From contig NC_068993.1 in assembly GCF_001194135.2 (NCBI RefSeq), forward strand, positions 59,896,051 through 59,948,696: a DNA stretch of 52,646 bases, given 5' to 3'. Below the pieces are notes generated by a model, which was not told where the DNA came from, did not search any database, and worked only from the letters and a program-made list of their open reading frames with translations. Below, piece by piece: positions 1 to 11,720 of the stretch (the first letter of the stretch is position 1; each line of letters begins with the position of its first letter). The stretch is from Octopus bimaculoides (taxonomy: Eukaryota). The position numbers and the translations under genes are program-made.

Positions 1-324
1 TATATATATATATATATATATATGCGTTCTGTTTTAGCATTTTTCTCTCAGTGCCTGATAACCGATGTTAAATTGTTTACATCTGAATGAGTTAGCAAGT
101 CATCGAATTGTGCTTCAAATATTACTGTCTGATTTCAATGACTAAACCTTTTGGCGCGGTACCTCAGCATTGCTGCATTTCAGTGACTGACACAAATCCA
201 TATGTACATATACATACATCTGTACACATATACATACATAATACGTAGTAAATTCAGTTAGTTTTGTAAATATGTGTCTGTGTGTGCGCGCGCGTGTGTG
301 TGCGTCTGTTGCTCTAATTTACAG

Positions 325-504
325 AAAACAAAAGACGAAGACAAGTGAAGTAGCAAGAACCAGGTGTAGTGGTTTGACGCTCGGAAAGAATGGAAGTCTT
401 TGACCTTTCGACCCTATTCTACAAACAAATTCACTGCAGCTAAAGTGCGGGAAAACATCTCGTTTATAAGTAAAATATGTAAAGACACTCCTCTCTGCAC
501 CACG
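325..504 (+). other. Candidate 180-nt spliced exon (non-coding/UTR or decayed)
   Basis: Branch-point-like CTAAT plus TTACAG acceptor ending at 324; ACG|GTAAGT donor at 504/505. All three frames contain stops; the longest open stretch is WFDARKEWKSLTFRPYSTNKFTAAKVRENISFISKICKDTPLCTT, which I do not recognise. Confidence 0.3.
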
Positions 505-579
505 GTAAGTGCAGCGAATTTGCCTATAGAAGATAACATATGAAACAAACATATCTTAGCTAACACTAAAGTACACACA

Positions 580-621
580 CTCATACACACGCACACACGC
601 ACGCACACACACACACACACA

Positions 622-657
<36 letters not shown>
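580..657. repeat. (CA)n microsatellite running into assembly gap 658-1477
   Basis: Direct reading; (TA)n resumes at 1478. Confidence 0.95.
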
Positions 658-1477
658 NNNNNNNNNNNNNNNNNNNNNNNNNNNNNNNNNNNNNNNNNNN
701 NNNNNNNNNNNNNNNNNNNNNNNNNNNNNNNNNNNNNNNNNNNNNNNNNNNNNNNNNNNNNNNNNNNNNNNNNNNNNNNNNNNNNNNNNNNNNNNNNNNN
801 NNNNNNNNNNNNNNNNNNNNNNNNNNNNNNNNNNNNNNNNNNNNNNNNNNNNNNNNNNNNNNNNNNNNNNNNNNNNNNNNNNNNNNNNNNNNNNNNNNNN
901 NNNNNNNNNNNNNNNNNNNNNNNNNNNNNNNNNNNNNNNNNNNNNNNNNNNNNNNNNNNNNNNNNNNNNNNNNNNNNNNNNNNNNNNNNNNNNNNNNNNN
1001 NNNNNNNNNNNNNNNNNNNNNNNNNNNNNNNNNNNNNNNNNNNNNNNNNNNNNNNNNNNNNNNNNNNNNNNNNNNNNNNNNNNNNNNNNNNNNNNNNNNN
1101 NNNNNNNNNNNNNNNNNNNNNNNNNNNNNNNNNNNNNNNNNNNNNNNNNNNNNNNNNNNNNNNNNNNNNNNNNNNNNNNNNNNNNNNNNNNNNNNNNNNN
1201 NNNNNNNNNNNNNNNNNNNNNNNNNNNNNNNNNNNNNNNNNNNNNNNNNNNNNNNNNNNNNNNNNNNNNNNNNNNNNNNNNNNNNNNNNNNNNNNNNNNN
1301 NNNNNNNNNNNNNNNNNNNNNNNNNNNNNNNNNNNNNNNNNNNNNNNNNNNNNNNNNNNNNNNNNNNNNNNNNNNNNNNNNNNNNNNNNNNNNNNNNNNN
1401 NNNNNNNNNNNNNNNNNNNNNNNNNNNNNNNNNNNNNNNNNNNNNNNNNNNNNNNNNNNNNNNNNNNNNNNNNNNNN

Positions 1478-1520
<43 letters not shown>

Positions 1521-2081
1521 CATAGATATATATGAAGGATCCGCCTTAATAGCAGTAAATTAAACATAATAAAATGTTCTATTTGTGGAATGTCATTGAT
1601 TAGTGAGCACTATTTTAATTAGCTACATACCATGTTATACTCAGTTATAAATTTTTTGTCAGCCAGGTTATACTTTTATACACTAACAATTTCAAATATG
1701 AAAAAAGAAAAAAAAACATATTTAAAATGTCCACATTTCATTTCATTAAACTTTATTAGATGCCTTAAGGTGGAGAATTGAACATACACCCTGTCATCTT
1801 TAACCTCCTCTACTGGTTTTACATCTTTCCTATTATTTTCTTCTGCAATAATTCTTTTTTGCCACGTATTAATATATTGTCCTTTGATATTTTGTAATTA
1901 TTTTTCTTTCCATCATTCAATTATAACATTTTCGCTTCCAAAGAGTCACCTGCTAATTTTAAAAGCATTATACAGATATTCTCCCAGAAGAAAGATGTAC
2001 TGATAAGTAAATAGATAGATGTCTATAAGTAAAGCAGTTCATATGTATATAGATATATTTGTGTGTGTGTGCATACATAAA

Positions 2082-2113
<32 letters not shown>

Positions 2114-2899
2114 GTGTGTAAATATATTATATATATATATATACATCTCTCTCTCCCCCTTTTTCTTTCTCTTTCTATATATATGTATATATATGTACGT
2201 ATGTATATATGTAAGTACATATAATCTAGTGTGTGGTTTGTTTATGACGTTCGGATATGAGGACCTGTATGTGTGAATGCTGTCTTTAAAAACACGACTG
2301 ACAATAATCTGTTACAGATTGATGTATGGCTGAATATCATTCCTTAAATACGTGCTAATTCTTCTTTTCTTTGTAACTCAATATGTGTGTATGTGTATGA
2401 ACAAAAATTATGTGTGCGTATATGTGTGTGTGTTCTTCAGAATTTCAACATCAATAACATCCTATTTTCCAATTTTTCATAACTTACTGTTTCTATAATC
2501 TGCTTCTACTTCCTCACCTCTTAATCCCTCAATGTCTTCATTTCACTCTGTTCTAATTTTTTGTTTTTCTTAAAAGTCTCCCATCTTTCTTTGACACAAA
2601 TAAATCCACATGCAGATTTTGATATGTCTTGTATTTTAGCACTTACTTCTTTTTGCTACAGGTCATGATTTCATATATCATCACTATGAATGATGTTAAT
2701 GGATAGCTTATTGTTGTTGTTGTGGTTGTTCTTTATATGAAGAAACTCAGTCTGAGATGAAATATATCCAAGGAAGATAGCCTGGAGATATTAGAGCATT
2801 TTGTTTGGCGTATGCATGTGTGATGGAAATGCACAAGTGTTGTTTGTGTGTCAGACTGAGAGTGCGAATATTTTCTAATATAATAAGGATTTCAGACTT

Positions 2900-3050
2900 T
2901 GACAGAATGCTCTAAATTTGGGGCAAGTTCGAGTCAGCAATAATGGTTGATTAATATTCACACTAACCTTATCAACACCGGATGAATGAAAAGAAAGCCA
3001 ACCTCGCCCGGACTGCAACACAAATCGTACAGAGAAGTAAATCGCTGCAA
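2900..3050 (-). mobile_element. Highly decayed SINE family A copy
   Basis: TTATCAACACCGGATGAATGAAAAGAAAGCCAACCTCG aligns by eye with the reverse complement of the family A core (compare TTATCGATCCCGAAAGGATGAAAGGTAAAGGTGAGCTTCG in copy 15350-15551). Confidence 0.45.
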
Positions 3051-3129
3051 TGTGTGTGTAAATATAAAGTGGAATTTCTAGCAGAAAAAACATGAAGAAG
3101 CATAGATTCATTTCGGTCTATCTTCAGGG

Positions 3130-3255
3130 TTTGAATGGTATTCTATAGTCGCCACCGGAAGAAATAAATATAAAAATTACTTTGGAAAAAATTGAGCGAA
3201 AAATGTAGAAAGATAAATATCGCATTTTGTTAGTCGCTCTACCAATTCCTGCTAA
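3130..3255 (-). mobile_element. Highly decayed SINE family A copy
   Basis: AAATATCGCATTTTGTTAGTCGCTCTACCAATTCCTGCTAAGCCACC resembles the reverse complement of the family A 5' head. Confidence 0.4.
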
Positions 3256-3289
3256 GCCACCAATAGAGAGTGTATGTCTATATCAGAAT

Positions 3290-3475
3290 GGTTTCAAAAT
3301 TTAGGCTCAAAGTCAGCAATTTCGTCTCAAGTATTTGGCTGGTAGTCTTCTTTTATCGACCTTGAAATGATAAAAGTGAAAGCTGATTCCGATGGATTTT
3401 AATTCAGAACATAAAAGGTAAAGATTAAATATCGCTAGACATTTTGTTCGACGCTCTAATGTTTCTGCTAAATTA
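3290..3475 (-). mobile_element. Decayed near-full-length SINE family A copy
   Basis: TTTCAAAATTTAGGCTCAAAGTCAGCAATTT (tail), TTTTATCGACCTTGAAATGATAAAAG (core) and CATTTTGTTCGACGCTCTAATGTTTCTGC (head) occur in the same order as in copies 15350-15551 and 22196-22409. Confidence 0.65.
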
Positions 3476-3741
3476 CAATGTGTAAGAAAGTGGGATACTA
3501 TACAGTTAACTGTAGCATAATTTTAACAAATATAGTAAAAGCCTATAAACAAAATTTCATATTGTCTCGAGTGGTGAATTGGACCAGCGTTGGACAAAGG
3601 ATGACCATTTGAAGAGACCCTGTCTGTTATGGGGATTTCTATCTGTAAATTTCAGTTTGATATTTTAATGTGATTTCGTAGATTCTATCCAAAATGGATC
3701 CATAGGATCCATTTTAAGAGGGGTGAAAGGAATGGTTTTAA

Positions 3742-3975
3742 GAAATTTCACCGTAGACATTTTTGCTGTAAGAAATTCCTCCATAAAGGAGGCACACAAG
3801 AAGACTGTAAACTAGACAACTCACCTGAAAGAAATTACCTTTCTCTAATTGATAGGTTAACTGATGAAACTGACGTTTTAAGGAAATAACTAATCATTAC
3901 CTTTTCTGTTTTTTGCAATTTCTTTTTCTTTTACGGCGTATTTTCCTAAGGCAAAAATGTCTGCGGCGAATTTTC
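3742..3975. mobile_element. Candidate non-autonomous fold-back/DNA transposon remnant (49-bp inverted repeats)
   Basis: 3742-3790 versus reverse complement of 3927-3975 match at 38/49 without gaps; each arm is built of ~15-bp subrepeats (AAATTTCACCGTA, GACATTTTTGCTGTA, AGAAATTCCTCCATA). Confidence 0.55.
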
Positions 3976-4584
3976 CGGACACAGAAAAGAATAGTAAAGG
4001 ACATGTGGGTTTAACAGACAAAAGTTAGGCGTAAGGTTGTGTTTATAAGATGTAACATGTCACATCTTAAGATATGAATAAGAGTGAGATTTTCCGTTTA
4101 CAAGTCTACAGAGAACTACATATATTCTAAGAAAGAAGACTCGAAATGATGAGAGAAGTAACAAAAGGAAAAGAACGTAATGTTGTGACATTGTCACGCG
4201 GTTCTCTTCCCCTGATTATTGATAAGGAATAACTAGTGAACATTTTCCAACTGTGAATCAAAACCGTCTCAATATCTAAAGATCTTGAAGCCACCACGCC
4301 GGGTTAGCCAACTTGTATGCTTATTTATGACAAAGCAAAAAAAATGAATGATAATGATAACTGACAAACATACACTTCTGTCAAAATTGGTAAACAAAGG
4401 AATCTCTGTCTACACAGAAACATTGTGTACATTTTTCAGTTCTTTTCTTATCAAAATCCTATTGAATATCATGATCAGTCGTATTGCATATAAAGCGTTC
4501 CGGTCATTTATTATTCAACAAATTAGAAAACGTAGATTTTTAGCAATTCGTTGTAACACCTATATCTACGCGCATGTGTACATG

Positions 4585-4730
<146 letters not shown>

Positions 4731-6156
4731 TATTATCAGGATGGAAGTGAACGTAGATTTGGGGTCTATCTAAAATGAGGTCTGTTTTGATGAAAATATA
4801 TAACGAACAAGAGTGGCTGCACAGAATGTTCTGTTCCTTTTTAATTTATTTATAACAAAGTGGTTTCTGAAACATGGAGCTAAGGGTCAGGCCAATATGG
4901 ACCAGGCTATAGAAAAAAAAAACCCGACGTGATAGAAAAAAGTTTCCATTTTTAAACTCAGTGATACCAAATTACTCCAAAACAAGTCTGGAACTTAGGT
5001 CAGCAGGAAAAAATTTAGAATTTGTTGGCCAGTGTAATCAATCAAATAGCTAATAACGCAAATGTGGTTTATACACAACCGCCTTCTTGTCCATTTAGCA
5101 GCGTAGCCATAAGCTACAACCGTCCTTTGCAGGAAAAAAAAAGCATGTTGTGTCATTAAGCCATACCTGACCTTAAAGGTTTAATATCTTATTTACTCTA
5201 AATATAAAACAATCAGGATATCATTTCCACGCGGACATTTTCTCCAGCATAACGACAGTTTAGTGTTTCACCCCTCTACGTGTCCTCTCCAAGCTTTCTT
5301 ACTTAATGCTTATTTAGACTTGAAGTAGATTCGATATATCTTTCTACGCACCTTCTTGTTCCAGTGACCCTGTCTCTTTAAGTGAACATCAACAAGTGAA
5401 AGGGACGATCCTTGAACGCTGCTCGAATTTAACTGACAGCTTCATGTTTCTTTCATGGCTTGCTCTATGTTGCATACTCATGGGTTCGGGAAAATCATCA
5501 TCGTTTTCTCAAAGCGCCAAATACCAGCACAAAAGATGTCGACTCCAAGAGTTCTTACTGTAACATAATATACATTTGTAACAATTACTTCCATTTAATG
5601 TGTAGCTTATCAGTTCAGATTGACAATGAAAGTCAAATAATGAAGATGGTACAGACGTTAAGTTAACAACAAATGTGCAATTGAAAGCTTTATTCATTGA
5701 AGCTTGAAATCTAATTAACGTAACAATATTAAAATGAAAAAAAAGTCATATACATTTACGTAGGTAATAATTGCGAAATAACGCATTATAAAGTAAGACG
5801 TTTAAGTTTAAAGAAAAGAAACCATCTTATATGGCAGCCAAGTAAACCTAGATAACTCTGATATTGTGTATGTATGTTTGAATATACATACATGTATATA
5901 TGGTTGCATACATTGTGTGTCTGTGCTTGTGTGTATGTATGTGTGAAATCGTGTATACGTACAAACGAACGCACCCGTAATGTGTGAAGGAATATGTAAA
6001 TCGTCTAAGATTTATATCTATACATTTATTACATACTATATATCGCATGTACATGTTACAATTTCTCCCTACACACACGCGCGCGCGCGCACACACACGC
6101 ATATATATGCATGCATATGCGTATTCATATGTGTATATGTAGCACAAACACACACA

Positions 6157-6223
<67 letters not shown>

Positions 6224-6782
6224 NNNNNNNNNNNNNNNNNNNNNNNNNNNNNNNNNNNNNNNNNNNNNNNNNNNNNNNNNNNNNNNNNNNNNNNNNNNNN
6301 NNNNNNNNNNNNNNNNNNNNNNNNNNNNNNNNNNNNNNNNNNNNNNNNNNNNNNNNNNNNNNNNNNNNNNNNNNNNNNNNNNNNNNNNNNNNNNNNNNNN
6401 NNNNNNNNNNNNNNNNNNNNNNNNNNNNNNNNNNNNNNNNNNNNNNNNNNNNNNNNNNNNNNNNNNNNNNNNNNNNNNNNNNNNNNATATATATACATAT
6501 ATGTACATATATATAGCGTTTCTTTCTTTTTTATAGTCTGACAATCAATCGAGTTTAAATCGGAAGATTTCTAACTAGGGAATTCCGAACAGGAAATGGG
6601 CTGACAAACAAGAAGATTCTATTATGGAAAGACGTCTTCCCATTGTCAAGTGAAGCGCATTAGCAGCTGCTTTTACTGAATTTGCCTTCGGCTCTATTGC
6701 GTCTGCGTAAGGATATAGCAAGCAAGACGGAAAACGGGGGAGTGCAAGAAAAGCACCACCAGAGTCAGAATGCAATGCAAGG

Positions 6783-6818
6783 GACTGAAGGATACTTCAG
6801 AGAAGGAAGGGTTATATA
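6783..6818 (-). promoter_or_regulatory. Candidate Pol II core promoter: TATATAA plus Inr TCAGTC
   Basis: Minus strand TATATAA (6818-6812) lies 32 nt upstream of the A (6786) of TCAGTC, a perfect match to the TCAKTY initiator consensus. Confidence 0.35.
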
Positions 6819-6921
6819 TTGAGAGAGCTTGAACAAGCTTAGAGAGATAGACATAGAGGTAGGTAGAGAGAGTGAATTGGACGTGGAGTGTGATATATGT
6901 ATATATATATATATATGTATA

Positions 6922-6993
<72 letters not shown>

Positions 6994-6995
6994 CA

Positions 6996-7028
6996 TATAA
7001 AGAGTGTGAGATGACAAGGTCCTCAGCT
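6996..7028 (+). promoter_or_regulatory. Candidate Pol II core promoter: TATAAAG plus Inr-like TCAGCT
   Basis: TATAAA at 6996-7001 lies 29 nt upstream of the A (7025) of TCAGCT, which has one mismatch to TCAKTY. Confidence 0.25.
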
Positions 7029-7169
7029 GCTCGCACGTTTAGAAGGAAGAGCGAAAATACATAGTGCCCGTTTTACCGGTCTACATCGGTTATGGATGCC
7101 CCAAATCTGTTTGCTGTGAATCGTGTTTCACCCATTTCTTTTTTTCTCCCAGGCTTTCTTCTTGTTCAA

Positions 7170-7255
7170 CTCTATCTCTCTGTCTCTCTATCTCGCTCTA
7201 TCTAGCTATCTGCCAATCTATCTTTGTATCTATCTCTCTTTCTTTCTCCCCCCCC

Positions 7256-7286
<31 letters not shown>

Positions 7287-7290
7287 ATCT
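7170..7290. repeat. (CT)n/(CTAT)n pyrimidine tract
   Basis: Direct reading. Confidence 0.9.
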
Positions 7291-9352
7291 CCTCTTAACA
7301 TTTCTCCGCCAATCCCTGCACTCTCCCTGACTTTCTTCTCTACCCTTCTGCAATGTCATACTCATTCATGTGGAACGGACAACCAATCAATCAATTGGAG
7401 CAAAATGGTTATTGACTTGACGCCAAGTACTTCAGTGGACTTGTCCCAAGAAAGATATCTGTCAAGTACCNNNNNNNNNNNNNNNNNNNNNNNNNNNNNN
7501 NNNNNNNNNNNNNNNNNNNNNNNNNNNNNNNNNNNNNNNNNNNNNNNNNNNNNNNNNNNNNNNNNNNNNNNNNNNNNNNNNNNNNNNNNNNNNNNNNNNN
7601 NNNNNNNNNNNNNNNNNNNNNNNNNNNNNNNNNNNNNNNNNNNNNNNNNNNNNNNNNNNNNNNNNNNNNNNNNNNNNNNNNNNNNNNNNNNNNNNNNNNN
7701 NNNNNNNNNNNNNNNNNNNNNNNNNNNNNNNNNNNNNNNNNNNNNNNNNNNNNNNNNNNNNNNNNNNNNNNNNNNNNNNNNNNNNNNNNNNNNNNNNNNN
7801 NNNNNNNNNNNNNNNNNNNNNNNNNNNNNNNNNNNNNNNNNNNNNNNNNNNNNNNNNNNNNNNNNNNNNNNNNNNNNNNNNNNNNNNNNNNNNNNNNNNN
7901 NNNNNNNNNNNNNNNNNNNNNNNNNNNNNNNNNNNNNNNNNNNNNNNNNNNNNNNNNNNNNNNNNNNNNNNNNNNNNNNNNNNNNNNNNNNNNNNNNNNN
8001 NNNNNNNNNNNNNNNNNNNNNNNNNNNNNNNNNNNNNNNNNNNNNNNNNNATATATATATATATATATACATATACATACATACATATGATATTGTTTTG
8101 ATGAACATATTGTTATGACGACAAGATTCGTGTCTGTTATTTCTACAGGTGCAATGGTTGGGAAAAATTATTTCAAATGTGAGGTTTCAGCGGTATCGGT
8201 AAATTATTAAGAAACTGATTGTATGCATAATTTGCAGATGTATGAGGAAGTCCCTACAGAGTGAAGCAATCCTGAGGTTCAACCCAGGAACCCTACAAAT
8301 CCTGGATTACTCTGATCACCAAAAGTAGCTCTTTCCCAGTATATAGTTACATAATGAGATTAGCTCCATTTATTCAGACGATGCCACTCACCTCATCTGC
8401 CCTTTCCAAATATGCTTCACCGGAGAGAAAAGTAATTGTCAGTACACATTTCAGTTTCGTCCTTTAAAGAAGCACTTTAGGTTTGGTCAGCAAAACTGGT
8501 TGGTCTTCTTGGCAAAAAGGATAAAGACAGAGTGATCTTAGTGATGGATACTGTCGAAATCTGAATCAGTCTTATACGCGGCAACAGCTGTTCAACAAAA
8601 CTTCACAAATTAGCGAGGTACGAATATACTGAACGAGGAACTGTGTAGAAGTGGTCTGGTTAACGATACAACCAAGCTTGTAGAAGATTTCTCAAACTGG
8701 TAAACCGGCGAGTTACACTATTCAGATACGGATTTCTGAAAGCTATTATTGAACATGCATAAATATTAGCCGATACTCAAGAGGGTTAGTGTCGTGGATT
8801 TGAGTATCAGTCCAACGATCACTTGAGTGAGTGTCGTGGATTTTAGTAGCCACACAACGATCGCTGGAGAGTTTTCCGAAAATAAGGGTTTTTGTAACTG
8901 TTCATACACGAATCCTAGAAACGTATCACGTGAAAGACTTCTTCAACAAAGTTCATAATTCGTATATGGGTAGTAATTTTTAACCAATGAGAAATCAATA
9001 ATTTCTCATGTTCGGGCAAACGAACTTACGTTCTCTCTTATGTGTTTGCTACACTATCTTTACTCTCCTGGAAAAAGTCTTCAAAATGGATTCTCATCGA
9101 CGTCCAAATTAGTTATCGTTGATCAGTCGTCGCTCTTCTATGTAAGTAGAGATCTACAGGAAACGAACGTGAAAGGTCTTTGCTCTGATCGACAGGCATT
9201 TGATATATTTGATCATTTTAGACCAGCGACCATCCTTAGTATAGTCTTGATAAACGACTGAAGCTCTCTCAGATAAATGGGCCAAATAAAAGGTGACAAC
9301 AGGTTATAACTGTTTGAGGATTTCTCATCGTAGTTGTGTAAACAGCCACGTT

Positions 9353-9466
9353 TTATATCGAATCTAATTGGGCTTTCCTAAATAAACTTGTTGGGTAACG
9401 AGTCGTCGCTTTTCTCCTTATATATTTTGTGCATTTTCTTTGAAATTTATTCCGAGTTGTGTTCAT
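9353..9466 (-). pseudogene. Possible remnant of a LINE apurinic-type endonuclease C-terminus
   Basis: Minus frame reads MNTTRNKFQRKCTKYIRRKATTRYPTSLFRKAQLDSI*, which resembles the NT.FQKR...T..YP...KAQLDYI pattern I recall from RTE-type endonucleases; flanking similarity was not traceable. Confidence 0.3.
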
Positions 9467-10666
9467 TTAGACTGCCAAAGCCATTGTTAACCCTCTTGTC
9501 ACCAGCATCGTCTGCTGCGTATTCAGATGCACTGAATACATTTAAGTAGATAAAATATGTCTAAAGACAAAAATGGATTCCAGCGGCAAAAGACACTCTG
9601 CTAAGAAAACTGGAACAGAATTCGTTTTTCTCTCTAAGGTAACTCCCCGAGCAGGTAGGAAATCCTTTCCTGCTGCCAAACTATATCGGTGAATATAAAC
9701 AGGCAAAGTCGTATTATGTTGCTTTTTTCTCATTGCTGCATGAATTACTAAAACTGTTGCTAGGCATATTATATTAACAAAATCCTTCAGTTTGCATGTG
9801 TCTTGGAGCAAATTTCCTATTCATATTGTTTTTTTGTTTGTAGTATGTTTGTGGAAGCATTGCTTCTGCATCACGTTGGCACTTTCTATCGAACTCGAGT
9901 CAGACATCTAAATATTTCAATACCATTCTTTTTAGACAAATTAGGTGACACAACTGAAATACATTTACCACCCTTCTTTGCAATGGTTTACATGACAACA
10001 CTCACAAAAATCCTACGATTTCTGAAAAATAATCGACAAATCTATTGATGTTGACAAAATATGGAATTATAAGTAACTCCAACTCTATTAGAAGAGAAGC
10101 AATTGGAACGAACTTCCTCTCTCTCCACGCTTATTCTGAGAAATGGATTGGTATTTGCGACGAGTGCTTTGGGCGGACAATAAATTGTTTATTACAGACA
10201 AACAGGTTAATGGTATCTAAATCACAGCTACAGACATTACACGGTTTACTTGAAGAATTTAAATGCGAACGGATTAAAATCAGGGTGAAAAGAAGTGCAA
10301 AATATGTGAATTAGTTAAGGACACTAATGATAATGATAGATAAGACCAACTTACAAATATTTAGGAATCAATAAATGCATTCAGTGAAAGAAGAATTTAA
10401 GAAAAAATATGTTATAGGTTTTACAGAGATATACTTGCATAACAAGTGGCCTGATCTGAGATCGTGTGCTGGAACGAAAACAATTGCTGCGTGGAAGGCG
10501 TTTATAAACCATTTAAAAACACACAAAAACCGTTAGATTCACTTCAACATTTAAATTTAATTTGCTAAAATATTTTCGTCGCTTTGAGACCGCGACCTGT
10601 TCACTGACAAAATTCCGTGCTGCATCTCAGAGATGCAGCACGGATGAAGAGGTCGCAGAATATATG

Positions 10667-10718
<52 letters not shown>

Positions 10719-10959
10719 CACACACACACACGCACACACGCACGCATACACCCCCCCCCCNNNNNNNNNNNNNNNNNNNNNNNNNNNNNNNNNNNACACA
10801 CACACACACACAATATGCTTTTATCCTCTTTCTATTTACCAAATTATCTTACAAGGCATTTTTCGGAGCCTTGGACTATAGTCGAAGACAATTCTGCAAG
10901 GTGCTATGCAGAAGGATTGAATCCGAAACCATGTTTTTGCGATGCGAACTTCTCGACAA

Positions 10960-11150
10960 CACAACCATCCATCCATCCATCCATCCACGCAGCCTTCCGT
11001 CCCTCCGTCCATCCAGCTAGCAACCCTTCCACCCAGCCACCCGTCCACCCAACTAGCCACCAAAGCCACCTGTTCATCCATTCATCCGCCCATCCAGCGA
11101 TCCACCCGTCCATTCACCGCCCTCCCACCTTCCAACCCACATACACATAT
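10960..11150. repeat. Degenerate (CCAT)/(CCAC)n tetranucleotide array
   Basis: Direct reading. Confidence 0.9.
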
Positions 11151-11579
11151 AGCGTATGAGTGAACGAAGACGGCACAGTCAATGTCGAAGTTTCTTTGGT
11201 ATCAGAGTCAGCTGATCCAGAGCTAAGCTGAGACCAATCAGCAACAAGAGTATGTAATACTAACGACCCCTTCAACTGTCAGGGGAAATAACGACCGACT
11301 TGTGTAAGCGGATGTTTCGCGGATTATGTTACTTTAGAAATCACAACTTATTACAAATGGAAGTTTCTGTAACTTTCGGCTAATTAATTTCCAGATAATG
11401 AGCTTGATGGTTCGATTTCTTCATTAGAGGAAGTCGGCAACATATTTCCGGTTTATAGTCTTGTAGCAGATCGTAAAGCTGCTCTTTAGATGTGGCACAT
11501 CAGGCACAGACCAACAGCAGCAGCAGCAGCAACAACATTATCTGCAGATATAATCAACAGTAACCACAATAAGTCAAAG

Positions 11580-11720
11580 AGGAACATCTATGTGGTTACA
11601 CGAACGGCTGAAAATAGCAGCAAAATCCGACTCAAATCTCACACTGTAATCTAATTAAAAAGGACATGCTGGATAACAGTTGGGATGGTCACTGCTGGAG
11701 ATACTTGGACATTTGAACAG
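11580..11720 (+). mobile_element. Family EF dispersed retroposon-like repeat
   Basis: AAAATAGCAGCAAAATCCGACTCAAATCTCACAC followed by GGGATGGTCACTGCTGGA; the same two blocks recur at 35005-35140 and 37445-37660. Confidence 0.6.
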
